A stretch of DNA of 41,371 bases from a virus. Shown here piece after piece: positions 1 to 6,314 of this stretch (position 1 is the stretch's first letter; every line of letters starts with the position of its first letter). The stretch lies in IMG/VR virus record IMGVR_UViG_3300045988_035840; one strand, given 5' to 3'. The notes beneath the pieces are model-generated. The model made no database searches. It had not been told where the DNA came from and saw nothing but the letters and a program-made list of their open reading frames with translations. A program made the position numbers and the translations under genes.

Positions 1-119
1 CGTTCTCCTTGCAGATGTCACGAATCAGCTCGCAGCAGTCATCTTCCGGATTCTCCTCCTGATAAGCTGCCAAAAATACCTTGAGGTCGTCCAATGTTGT
101 AATATCATTCTTTTTCATA
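1..119. repeat. Terminal direct repeat, left copy (identical to 41253-41371); carries the 5' end of CDS 40972..41370
   Basis: Base-for-base identity read at both window ends. The ATG complement (cat) lies at 116-118 and at 41368-41370. Confidence 0.95.
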
Positions 120-171
120 TTCTCATCGCTTAACCGTGATGCGTAGGGCTTAAAGTTACTGAATGTTCATT

Positions 172-226
172 GTGCTTATCTCCTAAACACACCGCAAAGA
201 TATTAATATTTTTCGGTTCTACCAAA
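172..226 (-). promoter_or_regulatory. Promoter P1 with downstream operator-like dyad, driving the acidic-protein operon across the circular junction
   Basis: On the minus strand: TTTG (plus 223-226), a 20-nt spacer, TATCTTTG (plus 195-202), a 4-nt gap, then the dyad GTGCTTATCTCCTAAACAC (172-190). It lies within a 99-nt repeat (128-226) that matches 2360-2458 at 87 of 99 positions. Confidence 0.6.
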
Positions 227-295
227 TTTTTAAACGTTTTTCTTTTTATTTTATTGTTATTTTAATGTTATTTTACATTTGCGGCTTAAAATGGG

Positions 296-338
296 CAAAA
301 AAAATACCCCAGCGGTGAAAAAGTCGAGCCGCTGGGGT
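296..338 (-). terminator. Intrinsic terminator ending the accessory operon
   Basis: 10-bp stem ACCCCAGCGG (306-315) / CCGCTGGGGT (329-338) with a 13-nt loop. On the minus strand it is followed by a run of 8 T (plus A-run 297-304). Confidence 0.7.
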
Positions 339-404
339 AATAAGTGGAGACCACTTTAAACATTCAGTGATGCAAAGGTACGCTTTTCCTTTGAAACCAC
401 CAAA

Positions 405-572
405 TTATTTGCCAAAAAATTTCTTCCTCAACAAGTCATTGATAAACCGTGACTTGTTGGGCAATGCGTTGAGGAAAGGCAGCAGGTCGTTGTCTATCTG
501 TATGCCAACCAGCTTGACCGTTGCGCCAGCACCCTTCTTCGTTCTCTTGATGTTTCTTCTATTATTCTCCAT
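405..572 (-). CDS. Small ribbon-helix-helix (CopG/Arc-like) DNA-binding protein, 55 aa, absent from the ORF track
   Basis: Hand translation gives MENNRRNIKRTKKGAGATVKLVGIQIDNDLLPFLNALPNKSRFINDLLRKKFFGK. The pattern is a basic N-terminus, a beta-strand, then helices with NKSRFIN, as in RHH proteins. The ATG at 572 overlaps the stop of 562..894 by 11 nt, and the gene is the last before the terminator. Confidence 0.55.
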   Translation of the reverse strand: MENNRRNIKRTKKGAGATVKLVGIQIDNDLLPFLNALPNKSRFINDLLRKKFFGK

Positions 573-894
573 ATCCGTGATTCTTTACTGGTTCTCTATT
601 TACTCGCAAAAGGTTGCGCTGCTCGATCCTGCAATCCTTCGAGTACTTGCGTGGAGTGCCATCCTTCTTGCAGGTCTTGCCTTTATATACCAGGCAAGGC
701 AAGGAGTTGTATTCGTAGCTTCTATGTGAAATACCCCAATCTTCAACCCTTATCGTATCGCGGATGTCGCTGATATAATCGCCAACCTTAACTGGGCTGT
801 GTTCCGTGGCAAATTTCCTTGCCAGCATTACTCTTTCCTTCTCTGCCTTCACCCTGATTTCATGCAGGGCTTTTCTATACTCTTGTTCTGTCAT
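562..894 (-). CDS. Hypothetical protein (110 aa)
   Basis: ORF with 4-nt ATGA overlap to the upstream gene and 11-nt overlap to the RHH ORF. No family recognised. Confidence 0.6.
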   Translation of the reverse strand: MTEQEYRKALHEIRVKAEKERVMLARKFATEHSPVKVGDYISDIRDTIRVEDWGISHRSYEYNSLPCLVYKGKTCKKDGTPRKYSKDCRIEQRNLLRVNREPVKNHGYGE

Positions 895-1358
895 TGTCTT
901 CTGTCTTTTTTTAATTGTCTGTCCAACTTCGTTTTCATTCGGTTCATCTTGTGCTCAAGCTTGCCAATCTGCTTGTACGATAACCACTCCGGCTTGATGT
1001 TTAACTCCAGCCATAACTGGCGCATTTCCTTGCAGTGTCCAGCGATACTCGGGAAATAGAGGTGTCGCATGTATGGGTTGCGAAGGAAGTACTCGCAATC
1101 GGACAGTAAACGACCAAGCATCATGTATTTATGCTTTTGTCCTTCTCCTAGACTGACAAGCCTTCCATTGTCCCCGATCCACAGCATTGCGCCTTCTCCC
1201 TTCCAATAAAAGTCGAAAGCCTTGCTTACCGGATAATAATAACCATCGAGCACTGTGCCTTCCTTGATGTCTCGCCCAATCTCTCGCAGGCAGGTTCTTC
1301 CCCAGCTGGTCGTTACCTCGACCACTGCTTGTGCTGGTATCTTGTCGTATTGTTTCAT
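891..1358 (-). CDS. Hypothetical protein (155 aa)
   Basis: Clean ATG ORF in the accessory operon. No family recognised with confidence. Confidence 0.65.
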   Translation of the reverse strand: MKQYDKIPAQAVVEVTTSWGRTCLREIGRDIKEGTVLDGYYYPVSKAFDFYWKGEGAMLWIGDNGRLVSLGEGQKHKYMMLGRLLSDCEYFLRNPYMRHLYFPSIAGHCKEMRQLWLELNIKPEWLSYKQIGKLEHKMNRMKTKLDRQLKKDRRQ

Positions 1359-1373
1359 ATCTTGATATATTGT

Positions 1374-1391
1374 GCAGGGCTTGCGCCCTGC
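1374..1391. repeat. GC hairpin unit, copy 1 (GCAGGGC-TTGC-GCCCTGC), within the ~30-nt repeat TGTGCAGGGC..GCCCTGCTGRTTAATA
   Basis: Perfect 7-bp stem and 4-nt loop, intergenic between 1416..1622 and 891..1358. On the minus strand the loop reads GCAA. Confidence 0.8.
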
Positions 1392-1415
1392 TGGTTAATA
1401 ATTCTGTTGAAATTG

Positions 1416-1622
1416 TTATCTGTTTATTCTCTCAAAGCAATGTTCGGAAGGTGTATATATCTCCATGCCAGTCGCCCAGTTAATGTAAACTTTAAATGCC
1501 CCTACTTTGCGCCCGAACGCCTTTGCTTGCATCATTCTTTGTTTTTTGTTGTCGAACTCAATTTCTTTTATCCCTACAACATTTCTCTTGCGGTCTTCCG
1601 CTCTTAAAAGTGCTAATTCCAT
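1416..1622 (-). CDS. Hypothetical protein (68 aa from the ATG at 1622; the track ORF extends to 1718)
   Basis: The ATG at 1622 lies 7 nt after the stop of the upstream gene (1630). The longer version would overlap that gene by 89 nt. Confidence 0.5.
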   Translation of the reverse strand: MELALLRAEDRKRNVVGIKEIEFDNKKQRMMQAKAFGRKVGAFKVYINWATGMEIYTPSEHCFERINR

Positions 1623-1629
1623 AATTGTC

Positions 1630-1815
1630 TTATTTCTCGATGAAAACCCTGATATTCTGACCTTTTCCTCTTCTGTTCCAGTACCAAGTGCCGTCAACTG
1701 AATAATCGGTATCTCCACCGCTGCAAACGTACTCTGTACCTTCCTTATCCCAGTAGTGCTGACCTTTTGTTCTTACCTTTGCCAGTGTCACCTTTACCAT
1801 ATTTGATGTATCCAT
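1630..1815 (-). CDS. Hypothetical protein (61 aa from the ATG at 1815)
   Basis: The track start at 1866 is a TTG that reads through the hairpin. The first ATG (MDTSNMVKV...) is at 1815, just downstream of the hairpin. Confidence 0.5.
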   Translation of the reverse strand: MDTSNMVKVTLAKVRTKGQHYWDKEGTEYVCSGGDTDYSVDGTWYWNRRGKGQNIRVFIEK

Positions 1816-1831
1816 ATTCTTGTCGTTTTGT

Positions 1832-1849
1832 GCAGGGCGCAAGCCCTGC
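1832..1849. repeat. GC hairpin unit, copy 2 (GCAGGGC-GCAA-GCCCTGC)
   Basis: Same 7-bp stem and flanks as 1374-1391, but the tetraloop is reverse-complemented. It lies immediately after the stop of 1853..2083. Confidence 0.8.
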
Positions 1850-1852
1850 TGA

Positions 1853-2083
1853 TTAATACTTTTCAATCCAATACTCTGTTGTACGATTCAATCCTAAGCA
1901 TGCAAATTCAGTCTTGAAATAACCTTGACGTACCCAGTGAGGATAAAAATTATAGGTTTTTTTATATTCCCTAAACAAGCCGTTCAAGAATTGCTCTGCC
2001 TTATCCTTGCGTGTAAAGTTTGCCAACTCCTCGCTGTCCTTGCCTTCCATCTGTCTCTTGATGTAATATTTTGCTCTTGCCAT
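1853..2083 (-). CDS. Hypothetical protein (76 aa)
   Basis: ATG ORF in the accessory operon. Confidence 0.6.
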   Translation of the reverse strand: MARAKYYIKRQMEGKDSEELANFTRKDKAEQFLNGLFREYKKTYNFYPHWVRQGYFKTEFACLGLNRTTEYWIEKY

Positions 2084-2101
2084 TTCTCTGTCCTCCCTTG
2101 A

Positions 2102-2350
2102 TTACTTAGCATACAATGTTACAATCAATCCTCTTCTGAGTGCGCAGCGGCAAGCGTCCAGACCTGCCTTCAATGCTCGCTTGAGGAACTTGTTGAAAAG
2201 TTCTGCTCCGATGAGCTTCAAGATTCCGCTTACTCCTACGAGTGTGTTTATCTTCTTGCCATCCTCTGTGCGTCCGAAGACCTTAATACGGAAGTTAGAG
2301 TTGATGAACTTTGTAGTGAACTCTAAAATGTTTGAATTTGACTTTTTCAT
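2102..2350 (-). CDS. Hypothetical protein (82 aa), first gene of the accessory operon
   Basis: ATG ORF directly downstream of promoter P2 and its leader. Confidence 0.6.
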   Translation of the reverse strand: MKKSNSNILEFTTKFINSNFRIKVFGRTEDGKKINTLVGVSGILKLIGAELFNKFLKRALKAGLDACRCALRRGLIVTLYAK

Positions 2351-2403
2351 TTTTCTTTGGCTTAACCGTGTTGCCTAGGGCTGAAAGTTACCGAATATTT
2401 AAA

Positions 2404-2458
2404 GTGCTTATCTCTTAAACACGATGCAAAGATATTAATATTTTTCGGTTCTACCAAA
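2404..2458 (-). promoter_or_regulatory. Promoter P2 with operator-like dyad (paralogue of P1)
   Basis: On the minus strand: TTTG (plus 2455-2458), a 20-nt spacer, TATCTTTG (2427-2434), a 4-nt gap, then the dyad GTGCTTATCTCTTAAACAC (2404-2422). A degenerate second copy of the AATATTAATATCTTT box lies at 2467-2485. Confidence 0.6.
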
Positions 2459-2522
2459 ACTTTTCCCGAAAGATATTAATATTTTAACTTTTATTGGCTG
2501 TTTATGTCGTAAGCACGGCTAT

Positions 2523-2553
2523 TTTCGGTCGTTTTCGGTCGTTCTCGGTACGT
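2523..2553. repeat. Tandem decamers TTTTCGGTCG x2 plus the degenerate TTCTCGGTACG
   Basis: Read directly. Intergenic, next to dyad variant GTTTATGTCGTAAGCAC (2500-2516). Confidence 0.8.
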
Positions 2554-2659
2554 TTTCCACGCTCTGTATAATAATAACCTGCACGCATTAGCTAGAATGA
2601 ATATAATCTAACTCTCATATCCCCTACCCCTTTTCTCTCAATGAAAAGTGTTCTTCGCA

Positions 2660-2700
2660 CAAAAAATGGGCAGAAAAACGCTCTCCTGCGCTTCCTGCCC
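2660..2700 (-). terminator. Intrinsic terminator after the lysis cassette
   Basis: Minus strand reads GGGCAGGAAGCGC-AGGAGA-GCGTTTTTCTGCCC followed by ATTTTTTG. It lies 28 nt after the spanin stop. Confidence 0.7.
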
Positions 2701-2727
2701 TTTTAAAGATTGATATTATGATTGAAC

Positions 2728-3249
2728 CTATTGAACTCTCTTCTTGATGCGCTCCTTTATCCAGCAAACCGCAACGAGTGCCAGGAATAGCAATACGCAA
2801 TCGCCAGCGAGTAATCTTATCTTATGCCATGTGCTCGCTGGCTTCTCTACCTCCTTGGTCTTGTATCGGGTCACGTAATACTTTACCTTTACGGTGTCGG
2901 TCACGAATGTGTAAATGTCGCCCACGATGGTGTCCGTCTTGGTTGTCGTCTTCCATCTGGTGGTCGTAAGATTGTGCCACCTTTCCTTGATTACGGTGTC
3001 GCCCTTGATATAGACCAGCACGCTGTCATGCTTGAATATGCTGTCGTGCTGCTGGGTGTCCTGCCAGTGGATCTGTCGCTGGTTCACGCTGTCACGTCTT
3101 ACACTGGTATGTGCGCTATCGTGATAAACCGTGTTATTTGCGGCTGTTTTTGCGCAGGAACACCCCAAAATCAAAAGTGGGGTAATTATAAGCACAGCGA
3201 AAAATAACGCCGCAGAACGCAAATTTCGCCCTTTTCTTGATTTTTCCAT
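2728..3249 (-). CDS. Unimolecular spanin candidate (N-terminal lipoprotein signal plus C-terminal transmembrane segment)
   Basis: The N-terminus MEKSRKGRNLRSAALFFAVLIITPLLILGC has a lipobox-like ILGC. The C-terminus LLAGDCVLLFLALVAVCWI is followed by KERIKKRVQ. It is the last gene of the holin-endolysin cassette. Confidence 0.55.
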   Translation of the reverse strand: MEKSRKGRNLRSAALFFAVLIITPLLILGCSCAKTAANNTVYHDSAHTSVRRDSVNQRQIHWQDTQQHDSIFKHDSVLVYIKGDTVIKERWHNLTTTRWKTTTKTDTIVGDIYTFVTDTVKVKYYVTRYKTKEVEKPASTWHKIRLLAGDCVLLFLALVAVCWIKERIKKRVQ

Positions 3250-3278
3250 ACTCTATAAACGTTAGATTGATATGTTTA

Positions 3279-3815
3279 TTATGCAAGCACCTTGATTTTC
3301 AAGGCTTCCTTGGCTCGCTTCAAATACTTCTCGCAGGATGCCAGTCCGTTGTACCCTCCGTTGATGCGCTTTCGGATAGCCTTCAAGTTGTCTTGGTCTG
3401 CCAGCTCATTGCATCCGAAGGTGTCGAATACCCACATCGAGGATTTCGTTGCTCCGAATGGTCGTTCCAAAAGTTCGGGGCTGTCAACAACATCGAAGCC
3501 GCAATAATTGCCATACTCCCGGTAGTTACCTCTTCCAGTTATCTGGATAAGACCTCTGCCCTTATACTTCACGCCATCGCCCTGCTTGGTGTTGCCGAGG
3601 TCTTTCCTGCCCTCGTATGCCTTTCCGCTTGCAATCTCCTTGGTGTATCTGAGTTCACCGGATTCATGCGCTATCTGTGCGAGATAGTGCGCCATCCTTA
3701 GTGGGGTGTTGATGTGGAAATGCTCTGCCCATCCGTTAATGATTGGAAGGTAGGTGTCTGCCCTGCTGCCTGCATTCGGCATTACCTTTATAAGTTGCGC
3801 TCTAGTTATCCTCAT
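3279..3815 (-). CDS. Endolysin, glycoside hydrolase family 19 (chitinase-like lysozyme)
   Basis: Motifs AHYLAQIAHESGEL, GRKDLGNT and YKGRGLIQITGRGNY are typical of GH19 phage lysins. It overlaps the holin gene by 14 nt. Confidence 0.85.
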   Translation of the reverse strand: MRITRAQLIKVMPNAGSRADTYLPIINGWAEHFHINTPLRMAHYLAQIAHESGELRYTKEIASGKAYEGRKDLGNTKQGDGVKYKGRGLIQITGRGNYREYGNYCGFDVVDSPELLERPFGATKSSMWVFDTFGCNELADQDNLKAIRKRINGGYNGLASCEKYLKRAKEALKIKVLA

Positions 3816-4257
3816 TATCTCCTCCTTTCTTCCGCTCTTCCTTCATTATCTCGACAACCGCCTTCGCAATTTCATCCTTATTTTCAAGGATCACCTGCAT
3901 CGTGCGGTCTTGCTTGCGTATCTCTGCCTTCTCGTATGCCTTCTCCCGGATGCTCTTAAACTCGCACATAAGCAGATACACCGTCCATGCGATAGCGAAC
4001 ATAGGGAAGGGAGAGATAATACACGTAGCCACGTCCATAAGCGAAGCAATACCGAATGTCGGAAAATACTTCTTCGCCTTGTCGCACGTCTTCTTCAACC
4101 CGGTTGACGTTCTTGCAACATGCAGTTCCTTCGCCTTCTGTATGCCTGCTATCAGGTCAATTGTCATCGCTATCAGAATTGTAGCGAAACAGATAAAAAT
4201 TACTAGGGCGCACAAATAAAGGTGGTGCACCTGAAAATCGTGAAATACTTCGCTCAT
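3802..4257 (-). CDS. Holin candidate (151 aa, at least two transmembrane segments and a charged C-terminus)
   Basis: Hydrophobic segments LYLCALVIFICFATILIAMTIDLIAGI and FGIASLMDVATCIISPFPMFAIAWTVYLLMC. Lies immediately upstream of the endolysin. Confidence 0.6.
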   Translation of the reverse strand: MSEVFHDFQVHHLYLCALVIFICFATILIAMTIDLIAGIQKAKELHVARTSTGLKKTCDKAKKYFPTFGIASLMDVATCIISPFPMFAIAWTVYLLMCEFKSIREKAYEKAEIRKQDRTMQVILENKDEIAKAVVEIMKEERKKGGDNEDN

Positions 4258-4276
4258 ATCAATTTATTTTTTTTGG

Positions 4277-4762
4277 TTATTCCAATTTCTCCCAGTCGAT
4301 GGTAACGCCCTTCCCGATGATGTCTGCTGTCCACCTGCAGAATGCCATACCCTCGTATCCGTCCGGATCACTGGCTACGGCAATAGCATACTGTACGCAG
4401 TCGCTCTCGGTCTTGATTACCTTCGGGTAGAAGTCCGCATAAGCCATATTAGCCAAATAGAGAATATCCCCGAGGGTCGTGCCCTTTGAGATTATCTCGT
4501 TGTTTGTTGCCAAACGGATTTCGTCTACCGTCCATCGGTGGCTCGTTCCGTCTACGTTCTTCATCTGCTCGCTTGCCTTGATTGCTAGCTGCTTCGTGAA
4601 GTGGTAGCCGTGCTTGGCAACGTATGCCACATATCCACTGGCTCCCATGAGTGCCTTTGCTGCCTTCTCGTATGGTAAGCCGTGGATGATGTCGCTCTCT
4701 TGGTGCTGGTGTCGCTCTTCCTCGCTATTGCAAGAATGGCGCAAAACGATTATTTTCTTCAT
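4277..4762 (-). CDS. Hypothetical protein (161 aa)
   Basis: ATG ORF, tightly spaced with its neighbours. Confidence 0.65.
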   Translation of the reverse strand: MKKIIVLRHSCNSEEERHQHQESDIIHGLPYEKAAKALMGASGYVAYVAKHGYHFTKQLAIKASEQMKNVDGTSHRWTVDEIRLATNNEIISKGTTLGDILYLANMAYADFYPKVIKTESDCVQYAIAVASDPDGYEGMAFCRWTADIIGKGVTIDWEKLE

Positions 4763-4773
4763 TGTGCGCCCTC

Positions 4774-5244
4774 CTATCCTAGTTTGTCGAGTAACTGTTT
4801 AACCATGCCACGAATGCCGCTTATATCGCCCTCAAGTGCCTTGAAACGCTTTTCGGTTTCCTGCTTTTCCTTGATTGCCGGGTTCAAAGCTGCGAGAAGT
4901 TCTTCGCCCTTGGCTTTCCGCTCCTTGCTTGGCTCGTATGCCTTGATTATCTCATCGGCTTCATTTACCAATTTCCCAACTTCGGGCAAAAGGTCTGCCT
5001 TGTCAGTTGCCAGTACGATTTCGCCTGCAAAGGTAACTCCGAGGTGTTCGGGTATGGTGTAGATGGTCTGCTTTCCCTCCACCTCGATTGTTACGTCTCG
5101 CATTGGCTGTCCGCTGCTGGAAATGGTTGCGATGCCAGTGTTGATGTGAGGCTGGTTGTCTACGACCTTGCCTTCCTTAACTTCCACCGTCTGCTTGTCT
5201 AGCAGATAGACCGGGTGATTTCTCTGTATATTCTTAAATTCCAT
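4774..5244 (-). CDS. Hypothetical protein (156 aa)
   Basis: ATG ORF with a lysine/glutamate-rich helical C-terminus. Confidence 0.65.
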   Translation of the reverse strand: MEFKNIQRNHPVYLLDKQTVEVKEGKVVDNQPHINTGIATISSSGQPMRDVTIEVEGKQTIYTIPEHLGVTFAGEIVLATDKADLLPEVGKLVNEADEIIKAYEPSKERKAKGEELLAALNPAIKEKQETEKRFKALEGDISGIRGMVKQLLDKLG

Positions 5245-5276
5245 GATGCGCTCTTTTTAGATAATTCGATAAATAG

Positions 5277-5317
5277 ACAAAAAGGGGTCTCACTGATAAC
5301 ACAGCGAGTTGCCCCTT
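5277..5317 (-). terminator. Intrinsic terminator of the 5339..6166 unit
   Basis: Minus strand reads AAGGGGCAA-CTCGCTG-TGTTAT-CAGTGAG-A-CCCCTT followed by TTTGTC. The inner stem contains a G.U pair only in the minus-sense RNA; the plus sense would have A.C there. Confidence 0.65.
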
Positions 5318-5338
5318 GATAGATTTTGTTTAGACCTA

Positions 5339-6166
5339 CTACGCTCCAGTTGTGGTTGTGGTGGTCTTCAGCTGCTGGATGATGAAACCAGTCTGCTCTC
5401 TGCGCTTGCTGTCCTCCAGCTGGATGCGAAGGTCTTGCTCCCAGTGGTTGTTCAGAACATCAACGATGCGCTGAGTATTCTCCTTGCCCGAGGTCTTCAA
5501 GTCGCAAACGACCGTCTGGATGAGGTTGCCGAGGTTACTGATACCTCGCTCCAGCCCAGTATTGGTGTAGCAGAACCCCTGCTGCATTGCGTTGATGATG
5601 TCCTTCTGCCCCAGCTGGTTCTCGTAGCCCATACGGTTGATGTTCTGCTGGGTCTGGCAGCAGCAGTCCTTCAACTGCTGGATGATGTTGAGGTTTCCGA
5701 GGTTCGCTGCGTTGATTACTCGCTCTGCGCTGAAACCAACCTTGCCGCCTACATCTTGGATTGCTGCCTGAATGCCGCAAACAGAAGACTGCAAAGCGTT
5801 GAAGTCGCAATTCAAATTAGCCGCCAAGGTCTTCAAGTCCTGGTTGTTGCCCTGGATTGCTCCCATCAACAAGTCGCTGTTGTGGTTGTCGCTCATCTGA
5901 GTGCGAAGGCTGTCAATCTGAGACTGGATTTCGGAACGCTGAACGTTGCCGTTCTGTCCGTTCCAGCCATCACCGTACATGAAGCGGAACATTCCTAACA
6001 TCATCATGTAGGCGAATGGGTTGTTCCAACCTCCACCCATACCACCGTTCATTGCTGCCAGCATAGTCGCTGGATCATTGTCTCTACCTCTAGCGAGCAA
6101 CGCTGCTGCTAGGTTGTCATTGCCACCGTCCCCAGTGCAATAAACTTTCTCGATTGTGTCTGCCAT
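5339..6166 (-). CDS. Orphan Gln/Asn-rich coiled-coil-like protein with a Gly/Met-rich N-terminal segment and several Cys (275 aa)
   Basis: The N-terminus contains NGGMGGGWNNPFAYMMMLGMFRFMYGDGWNG. The rest is Q/N/L/I-rich with a repeated IIQQLK, a CCC triplet and a TTTTT tail. It has its own promoter and terminator. Confidence 0.7.
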   Translation of the reverse strand: MADTIEKVYCTGDGGNDNLAAALLARGRDNDPATMLAAMNGGMGGGWNNPFAYMMMLGMFRFMYGDGWNGQNGNVQRSEIQSQIDSLRTQMSDNHNSDLLMGAIQGNNQDLKTLAANLNCDFNALQSSVCGIQAAIQDVGGKVGFSAERVINAANLGNLNIIQQLKDCCCQTQQNINRMGYENQLGQKDIINAMQQGFCYTNTGLERGISNLGNLIQTVVCDLKTSGKENTQRIVDVLNNHWEQDLRIQLEDSKRREQTGFIIQQLKTTTTTTGA

Positions 6167-6215
6167 AAAATTTTGAGTTAATTACGTTGCGGAAGCCAAA
6201 TATTGGAATCCGCTG

Positions 6216-6247
6216 CAAAGTTACTCTGATTTTTGGAGCGAGCCAAA
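6216..6247 (-). promoter_or_regulatory. Bacteroidota-type promoter for 5339..6166
   Basis: On the minus strand: TTTG (plus 6244-6247), a 20-nt spacer, then TAACTTTG (plus 6216-6223). About 50 nt upstream of the ATG. Confidence 0.6.
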
Positions 6248-6314
6248 AAGTTAGTGCACAGGTATTAATCGAATTATTGTCAAAGAACGCTTTTGGTTAT
6301 TTTCTTTTTGTTTC

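Noticed and set aside
367-729. 120-aa plus-strand ORF at the left end
   Set aside because: It runs antisense to 562..894 and to the RHH ORF 405..572. Its sequence is low-complexity and hydrophobic, and it has no promoter box upstream. The minus-strand genes plus the terminator explain the region better.
891-1358. Assignment of the 155-aa protein to an anti-restriction or polyvalent-protein-associated domain, based on the MLGRLLSDCEYFL...HLY helix
   Set aside because: This rests only on a vague recollection of similar conserved helices, which I cannot verify without a profile search. The gene is called hypothetical.
1630-1866. Track ORF starts that use TTG or extend upstream. These are 1866, 9832, 29470 and 36398, plus the long versions 1416..1718, 28166..28783 and 32881..33186.
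   Set aside because: The extensions read through hairpins or overlap the preceding gene by 89-121 nt, while an ATG sits a few nt after the upstream stop. I used the shorter ATG starts. The true starts remain unverified.
2523-2553. Possible CRISPR array or other spaced repeats
   Set aside because: These are only two and a half contiguous 10-nt units with no spacers. I saw no 25-40-nt repeat-spacer structure anywhere in the window.
5309-5998. Long antisense ORFs opposite real genes. These are 5309..5998, 12229..12819, 15726..16439, 24707..25537 and 31774..32532 on the plus strand, and 39607..40380 on the minus strand.
   Set aside because: Each lies wholly inside a longer opposite-strand gene with recognisable motifs or context, and their translations are Leu/Val/Arg/Cys-rich shadow-frame sequences. 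I treat them as shadow ORFs.
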